64,000 bases of DNA from Eledone cirrhosa (taxonomy: Eukaryota): contig OZ024758.1 of NCBI GenBank assembly GCA_964016885.1, positions 23,684,001 through 23,748,000 of the forward strand. The letters run 5' to 3'. Position numbers and translations under genes: made by a program. This document shows, piece by piece, positions 26,990 through 40,102 of the stretch. Within the stretch, counting starts at the first letter, position 1. Every line of letters starts with the position of its first letter. The notes under the pieces are model-generated. The model searched no databases, was not told the DNA's origin, and worked only from the letters and a program-made list of their open reading frames with translations.

Positions 26990-27177
26990 AAAAAGTATGA
27001 CCCCGACGGCAGAGCTCAAGCCGTTTCGACGGCTATTTCTGGACTGAAATAGCCGTCGAAACGGCTTGAGCTCGGCCGTCGGGGTCATACTTTTTCCTAT
27101 TACCCACTCTACTACCCTAAGTATTGAGTACTCTGGTGCTTATGGTCCATCTGGTTCCTTACCACAACTCCTTCGTT

Positions 27178-27589
27178 ATTAATAAATGGAAACTATATTT
27201 ATAAAACCATATTTATTTCATTATACATATTTCAGGGATACCAAATTAAATTATGGTATGCCTTCATCAGACAAAATACAATATATAATAGTTTTACAAA
27301 TAAGCTTTAACGTACCCAGATGACTTCCAAAAACAATGGTTGCATTTTAATAGGGTACGTCAAAGCTTATTTGTAAAACTGTTATATATTGTATTTTGTC
27401 TGATGAAGGCATACCATAATTTAATTTGGTATCCCTGAAATATGTATAATGAAATAAATATGGTTTTATAAATATAGTTTCCATTTATTAATATCGTATA
27501 TCTACTCCAAATACTTGTCGAGTGCTTTATATCAGTTATAAAAATATTTACTTGTTGTATCCCAACAATTTTAAATAGAACTTTTGCAT
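27178..27589 (+). mobile_element. Family B Penelope-like terminal remnant with inverted duplication and HHR-like core (27400-27440)
   Basis: Arms 27178-27317 and 27353-27492. CTGATGA-AGGCATACCA..TGGTATCCCT-GAAA. Confidence 0.75.
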
Positions 27590-27626
27590 ATATATATATA
27601 TATATGTGTATATGTATGTATGTATG

Positions 27627-27658
<32 letters not shown>

Positions 27659-28010
27659 TGTATGTATATATATATATATGTATGTATATATATATATATG
27701 TATATATATATACACACACACACACACGGCTGTGTGTTTATGTATGCACCTGTTCATACAAGCGCCCTCTAGGTGCAACAGCTTGTAACAATGATTTGAT
27801 GCAGTGCTGTTTAGGCAAGATTTGGTAGATGTGTGTATATTGTTATTATTATATATGGAAGTCTACAAAAAAACCTTCGTGTGTATATGTATGTGTGTAT
27901 GTGTGTATATATATGTGTGTGTATGTCAACGTTTTTGTTTTCATATTAACGTAGAAATATACAATGTAATGGTATGATATATAGTATAATAATATAATAA
28001 TAATAATTAT

Positions 28011-28079
<69 letters not shown>

Positions 28080-28102
28080 GTGTATGTAAGTATGTCTGTG
28101 TG

Positions 28103-28147
<45 letters not shown>

Positions 28148-28401
28148 GCACTCACATACACATATATGTGTATGTAAATGTGTATATATATATATGCGTG
28201 TATGTATATGTATGCGTGTATATTTTGTATATATATATTTATACATACATATATACATATATAAATATATATATATATATATATTTATACATACATATAT
28301 ATAAATATATATATATATAAATATATATATAAATATATATATTTATAAATATATATATAAATATATATATATAAATATATATATATAAATATATATATAT
28401 A

Positions 28402-28438
<37 letters not shown>

Positions 28439-28447
<9 letters not shown>

Positions 28448-29000
28448 TAAAAAAATAATGAATAAAACAATGAAACAGTTCCTTATATTAAACAAAAAAA
28501 GTTCATTATTTAACGATCGTTTCTAGGATATATATGTGTTAGAATTGGCATGCATATTCAACAGATCTATGTACAAAATTATACAAAATTATACAAACTA
28601 TCAAGATTAAATATACATACCAACACATATATATGCCGTCTTCAGAAATAATTATTATTTCTGAAGACGGCATATATATGTGTTGGTATGTATATTTAAT
28701 CTTGATAGTTTGTATAATTTTGTATAATTTTGTACATAGATCTGTTGAATATGCATGCCAATTCTAACACATATATATCCTAGAAACGATCGTTAAATAA
28801 TGAACTTTTTTTGTTTAATATAAGGAACTGTTTCATTGTTTTATTCATTATTTTTTTAATATTTTATCTTGACTCTGTATTCCGTTTATCTTTCACCAAA
28901 AGTGATATTTCATTGCATCTCTTCTTTCCATGATATCCGGATTACATTGAGTTCTTCATACGGATTGGACACTACCGTAAACTCTTGGTAGATTTATCTA
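28439..29000. mobile_element. Element with a near-perfect 430-bp palindrome (centre 28653) containing two opposed HHRs
   Basis: Arms 28439-28652 and 28654-28867. Confidence 0.85.
28654..28801 (+). ncRNA. Type I hammerhead ribozyme with about 115-nt stem II domain
   Basis: ATTATTT-CTGAAGA-[GGCATATATATGTGTTGG..CTAACACATATATATCC]-GAAA-CGATCG-TT-AAATAAT. Confidence 0.75.
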
Positions 29001-29059
29001 CATATATATATATATATATATAAATATATATATATATAAATATATAAATATATATAAAT

Positions 29060-29134
<75 letters not shown>

Positions 29135-29143
29135 TATATAAAT

Positions 29144-29252
<109 letters not shown>

Positions 29253-29279
29253 TAAATATATATATATATATATATATTC

Positions 29280-29322
<43 letters not shown>

Positions 29323-29534
29323 AATATATATATTTATAAATATATATATATATAAATATATATATTTAAGTAACAGCCGTACTAAGAGTGGGAAATGAAA
29401 TTTCGTTTCATTTTTTCCGTGTATCGTTTTCGGTGTACCCGGCCGATTAACCCACTCGATATGCAAATTGGGCTACTCAGCCGTTAATATGCATAAGGTA
29501 AGTATATACGTTCAACAATCTGGCAGGAAGGTAT

Positions 29535-29577
29535 ACGTTGCTGACGATAGCTAATAAGCTTGAAACTAGTACAGCGT
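29535..29577 (+). ncRNA. Minimal type I hammerhead ribozyme
   Basis: ACGTTG-CTGACGA-TAGCT(AATA)AGCTT-GAAA-CTAG-TA-CAGCGT. Confidence 0.85.
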
Positions 29578-30045
29578 TCCTTTGTCAGTGTTGAACAAAC
29601 GAGCAACGATGGTTGCTGGACACTACGGCTTAATACGGGATGTTTGTTTACAAACACACCGAGCATTATAATAAATGTTCGGTGCATCCATACGTACATA
29701 TATATATGTGTGCATGTATGTATGTATGTATGTATGTATGTATATATATATATATATACATACTACTGTACGTCTGTATACATATATGTATGTACGTGTA
29801 CATACTTATATTTAAGTAACAGCCGTACTAAGAGTGGGAAATGAAATTTCGTTTCATTTTTTCCGTATATATTTATACATATATATATATATGTATAAAT
29901 ATATATATATATATATATAAATATAAATATATATATTTATACATATATATATATATATAAATATATATATTTATACATATATATATATATAAATATATAT
30001 ATTTATACATATATATATAAATATATATACTTATACATATATATA

Positions 30046-30107
<62 letters not shown>

Positions 30108-30112
<5 letters not shown>

Positions 30113-30340
30113 ATACTTTGGGAGGGTCATGTTGCCAATAAAGAACACACGCACCAGCTGCTTTCACTTCAATTTATTATAATAAATTTATAAATTGAGG
30201 AATTTATAAATTTCAGGTTGGTTGGTTGGTTCCACAACCGGATGGTTGTTTATATATTGTCAAAGTTCGTTTGTCACACATTCTGTGACCTCTTCAGTGA
30301 CTGGGGATTCTTTTCTTTGTTTTTGTGCCTCTCCTTTGTA
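30108..30340 (-). mobile_element. Family A relative with mutated HHR at 30259-30301 (sister copy 52830-53036)
   Basis: On - strand: GTCA-CTGAAGA-G-GTCACA(GAATG)TGTGAC-AAAC-GAAC-TT-TGAC. Confidence 0.7.
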
Positions 30341-30654
30341 TAAATATGTATAAATATATATATTTATATATATATATATGTATAAATATATATATTTATA
30401 TATATATGTATAAATATATATATTTATATATATGTATAAATATATATATTTATATATATATGTATAAATATATATATTTATATATATATGTATAAATATA
30501 TATATTTATATATATATGTATAAATATATATATTTATATATATATGTATAAATATATATATTTATACATATATATATGTATAAATATATATACTTATACA
30601 TATATATATGTATAAATATATATACTTATACATTATATATATATATATAATGTA

Positions 30655-31217
30655 CAACCTGTCACATGGTCGGGTCGTCGGTGACTAAACCGGCAACCCC
30701 ACCAAGTTTACTTGGTGTGGAGGGTGATGTTTGGACACCCTGCAGGACAAAAAGCCAAAACCTGATAAAGGGCAGAAGAACTCATAAGAGTCAACGGCTA
30801 TCCGAAAGTGTGTAAACATGTATATACACATGTACATATGTATGTATATGTGTATATACATATGTGTATGTATATGCGTGGGGACATAGAAATATTCGGG
30901 CTGGACACCCGATCGCGCGGTTAAACCACTGGGAGTGAAGGACCCCTAGTCTTTGTCAGGGCATTCTTCTAGGAGAAGGCAACTCAGGAAACTGGGATAA
31001 CTCCGATATAAAACCTGCGGCTCAGTAGTTACTGATGATGATGTTGATCTTTTCTTCTTTTCGGGTTATAGCTCAGAGAGTGGGATTGGCTCAGTCTTTC
31101 CTCACTTTAAAAATATCTTCACGCACAGGCAGGCATTGCAGGATAGAATGAATTAATAATTATTAATAATGGTATATCGTGCAATGGCCATACTCGATAA
31201 CGAGGGGGCAGCCATCA
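30655..31217 (+). mobile_element. Dispersed repeat family (related copies 47504-47914 and 58440-59049)
   Basis: Shared CATGGTCGGGTCG..GACTAAAC.GGCAACCCCACCAAG, TTCTAGGAGAAGG and a GGCAGCCA(C/T)CAT end before a microsatellite. Confidence 0.7.
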
Positions 31218-31237
31218 TATATATATATATATATATA

Positions 31238-31671
31238 TACGATATTAAATAAATGGAAACTATATTTATAAAACCATATTTATTTCATTATATATATTTC
31301 AGGGATATCATATTAACAATATGCTATGCCTTCCTCAGACAAAATACAATATAAACAGTTTTATAGATAAATAGATTTGACATACCGTACAACATCGACT
31401 TGTATCAACTTTTCAAATACAAGTCGATGTTGTACGGTATGTCAAATCTATTTATCTATAAAACTGTTTATATTGTATTTTGTCTGAGGAAGGCATAGCA
31501 TATTGTTAATATGATATCCCTGAAATATATATAATGAAATAAATATGGTTTTATAAATATAGTTTCCATTTATTTAATATCGTAAATATACTCCAAATAC
31601 TTGTCGAGTGCTTTTATATCAGTTATAAATATTTACTAGTTGTAACCCAACAATTTAAATATAACTTTCCA
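31238..31671 (+). mobile_element. Family B remnant with inverted duplication; HHR-like core 31484-31525
   Basis: Arms 31238-31405 and 31417-31584. CTGAGGA-stem-GAAA. Confidence 0.75.
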
Positions 31672-31679
31672 TATATATA

Positions 31680-31711
<32 letters not shown>

Positions 31712-31761
31712 TTATCCTTATCGAGCCCTTTTTGGATTTTAGTCTTCAAATTTATTATTAT

Positions 31762-31805
<44 letters not shown>

Positions 31806-32690
31806 GCATATAGAAAAAGTTAGAAAAGAGAGATAGCAAGCTAGATAAATCGAGAGAGAGAGAGAGATAATTAGATAGAGAGAGAAGGAGAGGTAGTTAG
31901 ATAGAGAGGGGGTGTGTATAGGTAAGGAGAGAGTATGTCACTGGAATGTCTTAATAGTGAAATAGCCAACTTGTTCATTAAATCGACACAAACATCTTTC
32001 ACAAACACTAAAATGTTTTTTTCCCTCAATTCCTTCCCTTCTATCTCTACTTCTTTCAATTTTACTGTCTTTATCTCTCTCTGTATCTTCCTTTATATCT
32101 TGTGTGTGTGTCTGTGTGTTTAGTGTGTGTGTGTCTGTGTGTGTGTGTCTGTGTGTGTGTGTCTGTGTTTAGTGTGTGTGTGTGTCTGTGTTTAGTGTGT
32201 GTGTGTGTCTGTGTTTATTGTGTGTGTGTGTGTGTCTGTGTTTAGTGTGTGTGTGTGTCTGTGTTTAGTGTGTGTGTGTCTGTATGTGTCTGTTGTGTGT
32301 GTGTTTAGTGTGTGTCTGTATGTGTGTGTTTAGTGTGTGTCTGTATGTGTCTGTTGTGTGTGTGTTTAGTGTGTGTCTGTATATGTGTATATTTTACATT
32401 TCTTACATATCACCATAGTAATCGCACACAAACGCGCACGCACGCACAAACACACGCTCTCTCTCCCTTTCCCTTACTCTCTCACACTCTCTCTCACTCT
32501 TTCACTGTATTACTCACTCTTACTCTCTCTCTCTCTCTATCCCTCCCACTCACTCTCTAGCTTTGGCCTTTCTTTCCTGTTTACCTTTATCCCCAAAATA
32601 CCTTTTGTCATTTCTCTATGATCTGTGTGTGTGTGTGTGTACATGTATATCTGCATATATCAGTTATATATATATATATATCTATATATC

Positions 32691-32719
32691 TATCAATGAT
32701 ACACCTTACTATATAACAG

Positions 32720-32757
<38 letters not shown>

Positions 32758-32839
32758 ATCAATGATACACCTTACTATATAACAGCTATATATATATATA
32801 TATATATATCTATCAATGATACACCTTACTATATAACAG

Positions 32840-32877
<38 letters not shown>

Positions 32878-32901
32878 ATGATACACCTTACTATATAACA
32901 G

Positions 32902-32935
<34 letters not shown>

Positions 32936-33083
32936 ATATCTATCAATGATACACCTTACTATATAACAGCTATATATATATATATATATATATATCTATA
33001 TCTATCAATGATACACCTTACTATATAACAGCTATATATATATATATCTATATCTATCAATGATACACCTTACTATATAACAG

Positions 33084-33124
<41 letters not shown>

Positions 33125-33147
33125 TGATACACCTTACTATATAACAG

Positions 33148-33190
<43 letters not shown>

Positions 33191-33225
33191 TATATCTATC
33201 AATGATACACCTTACTATATAACAG

Positions 33226-33301
<76 letters not shown>

Positions 33302-33360
33302 ATCTATCTATATCTATCAATGATACACCTTACTATATAACAGCTATATATATATATATA
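32691..33360. repeat. Tandem ATCAATGATACACCTTACTATATAACAGC + variable (TA)n, about 10 copies
   Basis: Direct reading. Confidence 0.95.
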
Positions 33361-33379
33361 TATAGTTTTAATATAGTTG

Positions 33380-33430
33380 AGATTCTACAGGACTAGAACT
33401 GTTTCATTCTTTAGAAATCATCAGGAATCT
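33380..33430 (-). ncRNA. Type I hammerhead ribozyme
   Basis: On - strand: AGATTC-CTGATGA-TTTCT(AA)AGAAT-GAAA-CAG(TTCTAGTC)CTG-TA-GAATCT. Confidence 0.85.
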
Positions 33431-33665
33431 GGGTATCGAAAAATAAATATGGTATTTATAGGTTTCTTCAGGTGGTAGGAGAGGGTAGGGAGTGGGATGG
33501 GTGTAGGTCATTGGTTGATAGAAATGGGAATTCATTAAAAGCTAATTCTTCAAAGCTATAGTTTATATTTAGAGTAACAAAGGCAGAAAGAATTCTATAA
33601 ACAAGTTCAGAATGGGGTGCCACTCCTTATTTTTAAGTTTCTCATATATATATATATATATATAT

Positions 33666-34103
33666 CATTTCGGAAGAAGGATCAGGATGGAGTGAGAGGT
33701 GCTGCACCCCAGTCGTTTTTATGAAAGGTGGGTGAAAGTGGCGAGAATGGCCCGTGTGAATGGGCCTTCTCTTTACATGAGCCTGTAGGTGGAAAAGAGG
33801 AAGGAACGAGGGAGCACCCCCTCTCTGTGCTCCTGAGGAAAAGGGTTGCCCACTTTTTTCGGGGGTGTGTGCGACCCCCCAAGGCGCCTCCTCTCTATTG
33901 AGGATTTTGTTATAAATTTTATTTTTTGTTATATTTTATAACAAAATCCTCTACTGAGGATTTTGTTATAATTCTATTTTTTGTTATATTTTATTTTATT
34001 TTTATATATTGTTATTGCCTCCTCCCTATTGAGGACGCCTTGTTTTGTAAACTCCCCCCATTGTACTTGTCCCACTTTTGATGCCCTTGTGGCAAATAAA
34101 AGA

Positions 34104-34105
<2 letters not shown>
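33666..34105 (+). mobile_element. Tx1/L1-like LINE 3' fragment
   Basis: Homologous to 49535-49880; ends GTGGCAAATAAAAGAAA. Confidence 0.8.
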
Positions 34106-34145
<40 letters not shown>

Positions 34146-34274
34146 TCCCCTCCGTACACATACACACATGTATATCATGACTCATACACTATTCACTTCC
34201 CTGACATTTGTATATTATTCTATGTACTATACATACACCTTTGACGAGTTGTAGTGCACCTGAGCACTTTACAC

Positions 34275-34326
<52 letters not shown>

Positions 34327-34466
34327 GTAGGTCCCGGGTTGAGTCGGGGATAACCACAGTAAGTAAGGTACTCAATACATGGCAGAGTAAAATTTTTTTT
34401 TTTATTTTTTTATTTTTTTTTTATTTTATAGAAGGAGCTTCTACAGGACTAGTACTGTTTCATCTG

Positions 34467-34515
34467 GCTTCCTGAAGATTTCATCTGAATGAAACAGTAC
34501 TAGTCCTGTAGAAGC
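34467..34515 (+). ncRNA. Type I hammerhead ribozyme inside fold-back element 34326-34555
   Basis: GCTTC-CTGAAGA-TTTC(ATCT)GAAT-GAAA-CAG(TACTAGTC)CTG-TA-GAAGC. Confidence 0.85.
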
Positions 34516-34543
34516 TCCTTCTATAAAATAAAAAAAAAGAAAA

Positions 34544-34574
<31 letters not shown>

Positions 34575-34579
34575 TAATA

Positions 34580-34762
34580 ATAATTGTTTCTACGTTTGGC
34601 ACAAGGCCAGCAATTACTCAGTGCATTACTGGTACTTTATTTTATCGACCCCGTAAGGATGAAAGGCAAAGTTAACCTTGGCGGGATTTGAACTCAGAAT
34701 GGCAAGGGCCGTAACTCTATACGTCAAAGCATGGCGTCCGACCCTCTCCCAATACTGCCAAA
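34580..34762 (-). mobile_element. SINE family 1
   Basis: Consensus match. Confidence 0.9.
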
Positions 34763-34853
34763 TAATAATAAATGTGAAGACTAAAATCCAAAGAGGGCTC
34801 GATAAGGATAAATATATATCAAATATATAAGAACCGTAGAGCAAATATATATT

Positions 34854-34954
34854 AAAATAACAGATTAAAGTTTAAGCAAAGAATCGCTGCTTTCACCCTT
34901 AACTGTTAAGGGTGAAAGCAGAGATTCTTTGCTTAAACTTTAATCTGTTATTTT
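34854..34954. repeat. Near-perfect palindrome of about 100 bp
   Basis: ..TTTCACCCTTAAC-T-GTTAAGGGTGAAA.. with arms of about 50 bp. Confidence 0.9.
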
Positions 34955-35010
<56 letters not shown>

Positions 35011-35095
35011 TGTGTGTGTGAATGAAGTAATTCCGTCGGTTACAGAGCTTAATTTTGTTTTTAAAATCCAATGTCAATAAATACACCACGATTTT

Positions 35096-35156
35096 TTTCT
35101 TTCTGATGATTGAAAGCAAAATTTGTTTGCTTTCAAGAAACCACTGGTAAATGAAA
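35096..35156 (+). ncRNA. Type I hammerhead ribozyme
   Basis: TTTCTTT-CTGATGA-TTGAAAGCAAA(ATTTG)TTTGCTTTCAA-GAAA-CCACTGG-TA-AATGAAA; perfect 11-bp stem II. Confidence 0.8.
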
Positions 35157-35181
35157 TAATTGCCTTATGTTGTTTATTACA

Positions 35182-35230
<49 letters not shown>

Positions 35231-35428
35231 AGATCAAAAGATGGTTAAAGGAGTTCCATGTATTTTATTATGCGCATTTCAAAAACAAACATCATCATGC
35301 AATAATATTTGTGTTTTCATCAGATAAAACAGGAGAACATGATATGAAGGCTAAAAAACACTTGTGGATAGTGCAGTTTTAAATCAACATATCACAAGTG
35401 TTTTTTAGCCTTCATATCATGTTCTCCT

Positions 35429-35497
35429 GTTTTATCTGATGAAAACACAAATATTATTGCATGATGATGTTTGTTTTTGAAATGCGCATAATAAAAT
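35429..35497 (+). ncRNA. Type I hammerhead ribozyme in fold-back 35223-35536 (mirror copy on - strand at about 35262-35330)
   Basis: GTTTTAT-CTGATGA-AAACACAAATATTATT(GCAT)GATGATGTTTGTTTTT-GAAA-TGCGCA-TA-ATAAAAT. Confidence 0.85.
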
Positions 35498-36027
35498 ACA
35501 TGGAACTCCTTTAACCATCTTTTGATCTTATATTATGCATACTCCAGTCCTACAAACTGTAGAGTGCTTCTTATCCGATATCTGCATTGCTTTATTGTAC
35601 TACAATAAAACTCACCTCCTACATATATATATATATATATATATATATAACGAACGAAGTGTGGTAAGATACCAGGTGGACCATAACGCACCAGAGTACT
35701 CAATACTTAGGGTAGTAGAGTCGGTAATAGGAAAATATTCAAGAGCTCAAGCCGTTTCGACGGCTATCTCTAGAAATAGCCGTCGAAACGGCTTGAGCTC
35801 TGCCATCGGGGTCTTGAACAATCTTCTATAATTCTACATTCTGTTTACTCTCTTCTCAGTACTGCCATTCCTATATCTCTTCTCTCTCTCTCTTCTCCCC
35901 CCCCTCTCTCTCCCTTTATCTCTCTCTCCCCCCTCTCCCCTTATCCTAATCTTAGTACTATCATGATCGATATTTTTACATTCAACTCTAACTGTTTATT
36001 TCTTATTTCATATCACTTCAGCTCCAT

Positions 36028-37020
36028 TGATGGTGGTGGTCGTGGTGGTGGCGGTGATGGGGTGGCGGTGGTGGTGGGGGTCGTGGCGGTGGTGGTGGGG
36101 TGGTGGTCGTGGTGGTGGCGGTGGTGGTGGGGGTCGTGATGGGGTGGCGGTGGTGGTGGGGGTCGTGGCGGTGGTGGTGGCGGTGGCGGTGGTGGTGGGG
36201 GTCGTGGTGGTGGCGGTGGTGGTGGGGGTGGTGGCGGTGATGGGGGTAGTGGTCGTGGTGGTGATGTGGTGGTGGGGGTCGTGGCGGTGGCGGTGGGGGT
36301 GGTGGCGGTGCTGGGGGTCGTGGTGGTGATGGGGGTCGTGGTGGTGGCGGTGGTGGTGGGGGTCGTGGTGGTGGCGGTCGTGGTGGTGGTGGTGATGGGG
36401 GTCGTGGTGGTGGCGGTGGTGATGGGGGTAGTGGTCGTGGTGGTGATGGGGGTCGTGGTGGTGGCGGTGGTGGTGGGGGTCGTGGCGGTGGCGGTGGTGG
36501 TGGGGGTGGTGGCGGTGATGGGGGTTGTGGTGGTGGGGGTCGTGGCGGTGGCGGTGGGGGTGGTGGCGGTGCTGGGGGTGGGGGTCGTGGTGGTGGCGGT
36601 CGTGGTGGTGGTGGTGATGGGGGTCGTGGTGGTGGCGGTGGTGATGGGGGTAGTGGTCGTGGTGGTGATGGGGGTCGTGGTGGTGGCGGTGGTGGTGGGG
36701 GTCGTGGTGGTGGCGGTGGTGGTGGGGGTCGTGGTGGTGGCGGCGGTGATGGGGGTAGTGGTCATCGTGGGGATGGTCGTGGTGGTGGGGATGATGGTAG
36801 TGGCCGTGGCGGAGATGGTGGTGGCGGTGGTGATGGGATTGGTGGTAGGCTACAGTGGTAGTGATGATGGTGGTGATGGTAATGATGATATTGGTGGTGG
36901 TGATGACAGGCTACTGTGCTTATGATGATGGTGCTAGTGGTGGTTGTGGTGCTTATGATGATGATGATGATGGTGGTTGTTGTGTTGATGATGATGATGA
37001 TGGTGATGGTGGTTGTGGTG
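36028..37020. repeat. G-rich (GGT/GGC/GAT)n triplet low-complexity tract
   Basis: Direct reading. Confidence 0.95.
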
Positions 37021-37065
37021 AAACACGATATACTGTGGGTTCTTATTATATCTGCAATACATTCA

Positions 37066-39380
37066 GGGCGGTGGATTGGCAGTATCGGTAGAGGGTCGGA
37101 CGCCATGCCTTCCAGCATAGAGTTACGCCCCTTTATGGTCTGAGTTCAAATCCCGCCGAGGTTAACTTTTACCTTATCGTTCATCTTACGGGGGGGGGGG
37201 TGTTTCGATAAAACAAAGTACCAGTAATGCACTGGGAGTAATTGCTGGCCTTGTGCCAAAAGTAGAAACGATTATGTACGCATGATATAAGAGAATATAA
37301 CAAAAAGAAACCCGATATACTTCTTATATCCTTATTATATCTTCATCATATAACAAAATATAGCGAAAGGGAAACACGATATCTCTGCAAAAAGTAGTTA
37401 CCGAGATAAAACAAAGTACCAGTAATGCACTGGGAGTAATTGCTGGCCTTGTGCCAAAAGTAGAAACGATTATGTACGCATGATATAAGAGAATATAACA
37501 AAAAGAAACCCGATATACTTCTTATATCCTTATTATATCTTCATCATATAACAAAATATAGCGAAAGGGAAACACGATATCTCTGCAAAAAGTAGTTACC
37601 GAGATAAAACAAAGTACCAGTAATGCACTGGGAGTAATTGCTGGCCTTGTGCCAAAAGTAGAAACGATTATGTACGCATGATATAAGAGAATATAACAAA
37701 AAGAAACCCGATATACTTCTTATATCCTTATTATATCTTCATCATATAACAAAATATAGCGAAAGGGAAACACGATATCTCTGCAAAAAGTAGTTACCGA
37801 GATAAAACAAAGTACCAGTAATGCACTGGGAGTAATTGCTGGCCTTGTGCCAAAAGTAGAAACGATTATGTACGCATGATATAAGAGAATATAACAAAAA
37901 GAAACCCGATATACTTCTTATATCCTTATTATATCTTCATCATATAACAAAATATAGCGAAAGGGAAACACGATATCTCTGCAAAAAGTAGTTACCGAGA
38001 TAAAACAAAGTACCAGTAATGCACTGGAGGTAATTGCTGGCCTTGTGCCAAAAGTAGAAACAATTATTTATGCATGATATAAGAGAATATAACAAAAAGA
38101 AACCCGATATACTTCTTATATCCTTATTATATCTTCATCATATAACAAAATATAGCGAAAGGGAAACACGATATCTCTGCAAAAAGTAGTTACCGAGATA
38201 AAACAAAGTACCAGTAATGCACTGGGGTAATTGCTGGCCTTGTGCCAAAAGTAGAAACGATTATGTATGCATGATATAAGAGAATATAACAAAAAGAAAC
38301 CCGATATACTTCTTATATCCTTATTATATCTTCATCATATAACAAAATATAGCGAAAGGGAAACACGATATCTCTGCAAAAAGTAGTTACCGAGATAAAA
38401 CAAAGTACCAGTAATGCACTGGGGTAATTGCTGGCCTTGTGCCAAAAGTAGAAACGATTATGTATGCATGATATAAGAGAATATAACAAAAAGAAACACG
38501 ATATACTTCTTATATCCTTATTATATCTTCATCATATAACAAAATATAGCGAAAGGGAAACACGATATCTCTGCAAAAAGTAGTTACCGAGATAAAACAA
38601 AGTACCAGTAATGCACTGGGAGTAATTGCTGGCCTTGTGCCAAAAGTAGAAACGATTATGTACGCATGATATAAGAGAATATAACAAAAAGAAACCCGAT
38701 ATACTTCTTATATCCTTATTATATCTTCATCATATAACAAAATATAGCGAAAGGGAAACACGATATCTCTGCAAAAAGTAGTTACCGAGATAAAACAAAG
38801 TACCAGTAATGCACTGGAGGTAATTGCTGGCCTTGTGCCAAAAGTAGAAACAATTATTTATGCATGATATAAGAGAATATAACAAAAAGAAACCCGATAT
38901 ACTTCTTATATCCTTATTATATCTTCATCATATAACAAAATATAGCGAAAGGGAAACACGATATCTCTGCAAAAAGTAGTTACCGAGATAAAACAAAGTA
39001 CCAGTAATGCACTGGAGGTAATTGCTGGCCTTGTGCCAAAAGTAGAAACAATTATTTATGCATGATATAAGAGAATATAACAAAAAGAAACCCGATATAC
39101 TTCTTATATCCTTATTATATCTTCATCATATAACAAAATATAGCGAAAGGGAAACACGATATCTCTGCAAAAAGTAGTTACCGAGATAAAACAAAGTACC
39201 AGTAATGCACTGGAGGTAATTGCTGGCCTTGTGCCAAAAGTAGAAACGATTATGTATGCATGATATAAGAGAATATAACAAAAAGAAACCCGACATACTT
39301 CTTATATCCTTATTATATCTTCATCATATAACAAAATATAGCGAAAGGGAAACACGATATCTCTGCAAGAAATAGTTACA
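37066..39380 (+). repeat. SINE family 1 followed by an 11-copy, 197-198-bp tandem of SINE tail plus flanking DNA
   Basis: GATAAAACAAAGTACCAG at 37207, 37405, 37603, 37801 ... 39185. Confidence 0.95.
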
Positions 39381-40057
39381 GAGGAACTACATCGTAAAAT
39401 AACATTTAAAAGGATAAAAAGAAGAAACTTAATGGCAAACGCAACTATACTATATAGAATAAGTAATGAAAATGGTAAATTGGACAAATATAATAGCTTA
39501 ACTCAACATTACAGATGAAAATAAATTTGAACAGTTAGACAATTTAAGTTCCGGAAGCGATCAATATAAAAAAAAAATGGAGAGACGGAAATCATGTCTC
39601 TTGGCTATCTCCCATTAAATAATATTCTGATAGCTTACTGTCAATTGTTTAAATGCACGAATGGCAGCCAAATAGGCGTTAAATCGTTCATATTTTCTAT
39701 AGTGTAAGTGTACTGTATATCTTTCTCTCTCTCTCTTCCTCCCCTCTCTCTCCCCCTCTCTCTTCCCCCACATCTCTCTCTCTCTTCCCCGCCCCCTCTC
39801 TCCCCGCTCTCTCCTCCACATTTAGCTCTCTCTCTCGCATATCACTCTCTCTCTCGTATCTCTCTCTCTCTCTCGCATATCTCTCTCTCGGCTCTCTCTC
39901 TCTCATATCTCTCTCTCGCATATCACTCTCTCTCTCTCTCGCATATCACTCTCTCTCTCTCTCTCCTCTCTCTCTCGCATCACTCTCTCTCTCAGTCGTA
40001 TTACTTCTGATAATTGATATACTGTATTAATATATAATTCTGTTTACTACTAAAGAT

Positions 40058-40102
<45 letters not shown>

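Noticed and set aside
36013-36925. Mucin-like Thr/Pro or poly-Val ORFs
   Set aside because: Triplet low-complexity DNA open in several frames on both strands, with no supporting domain.
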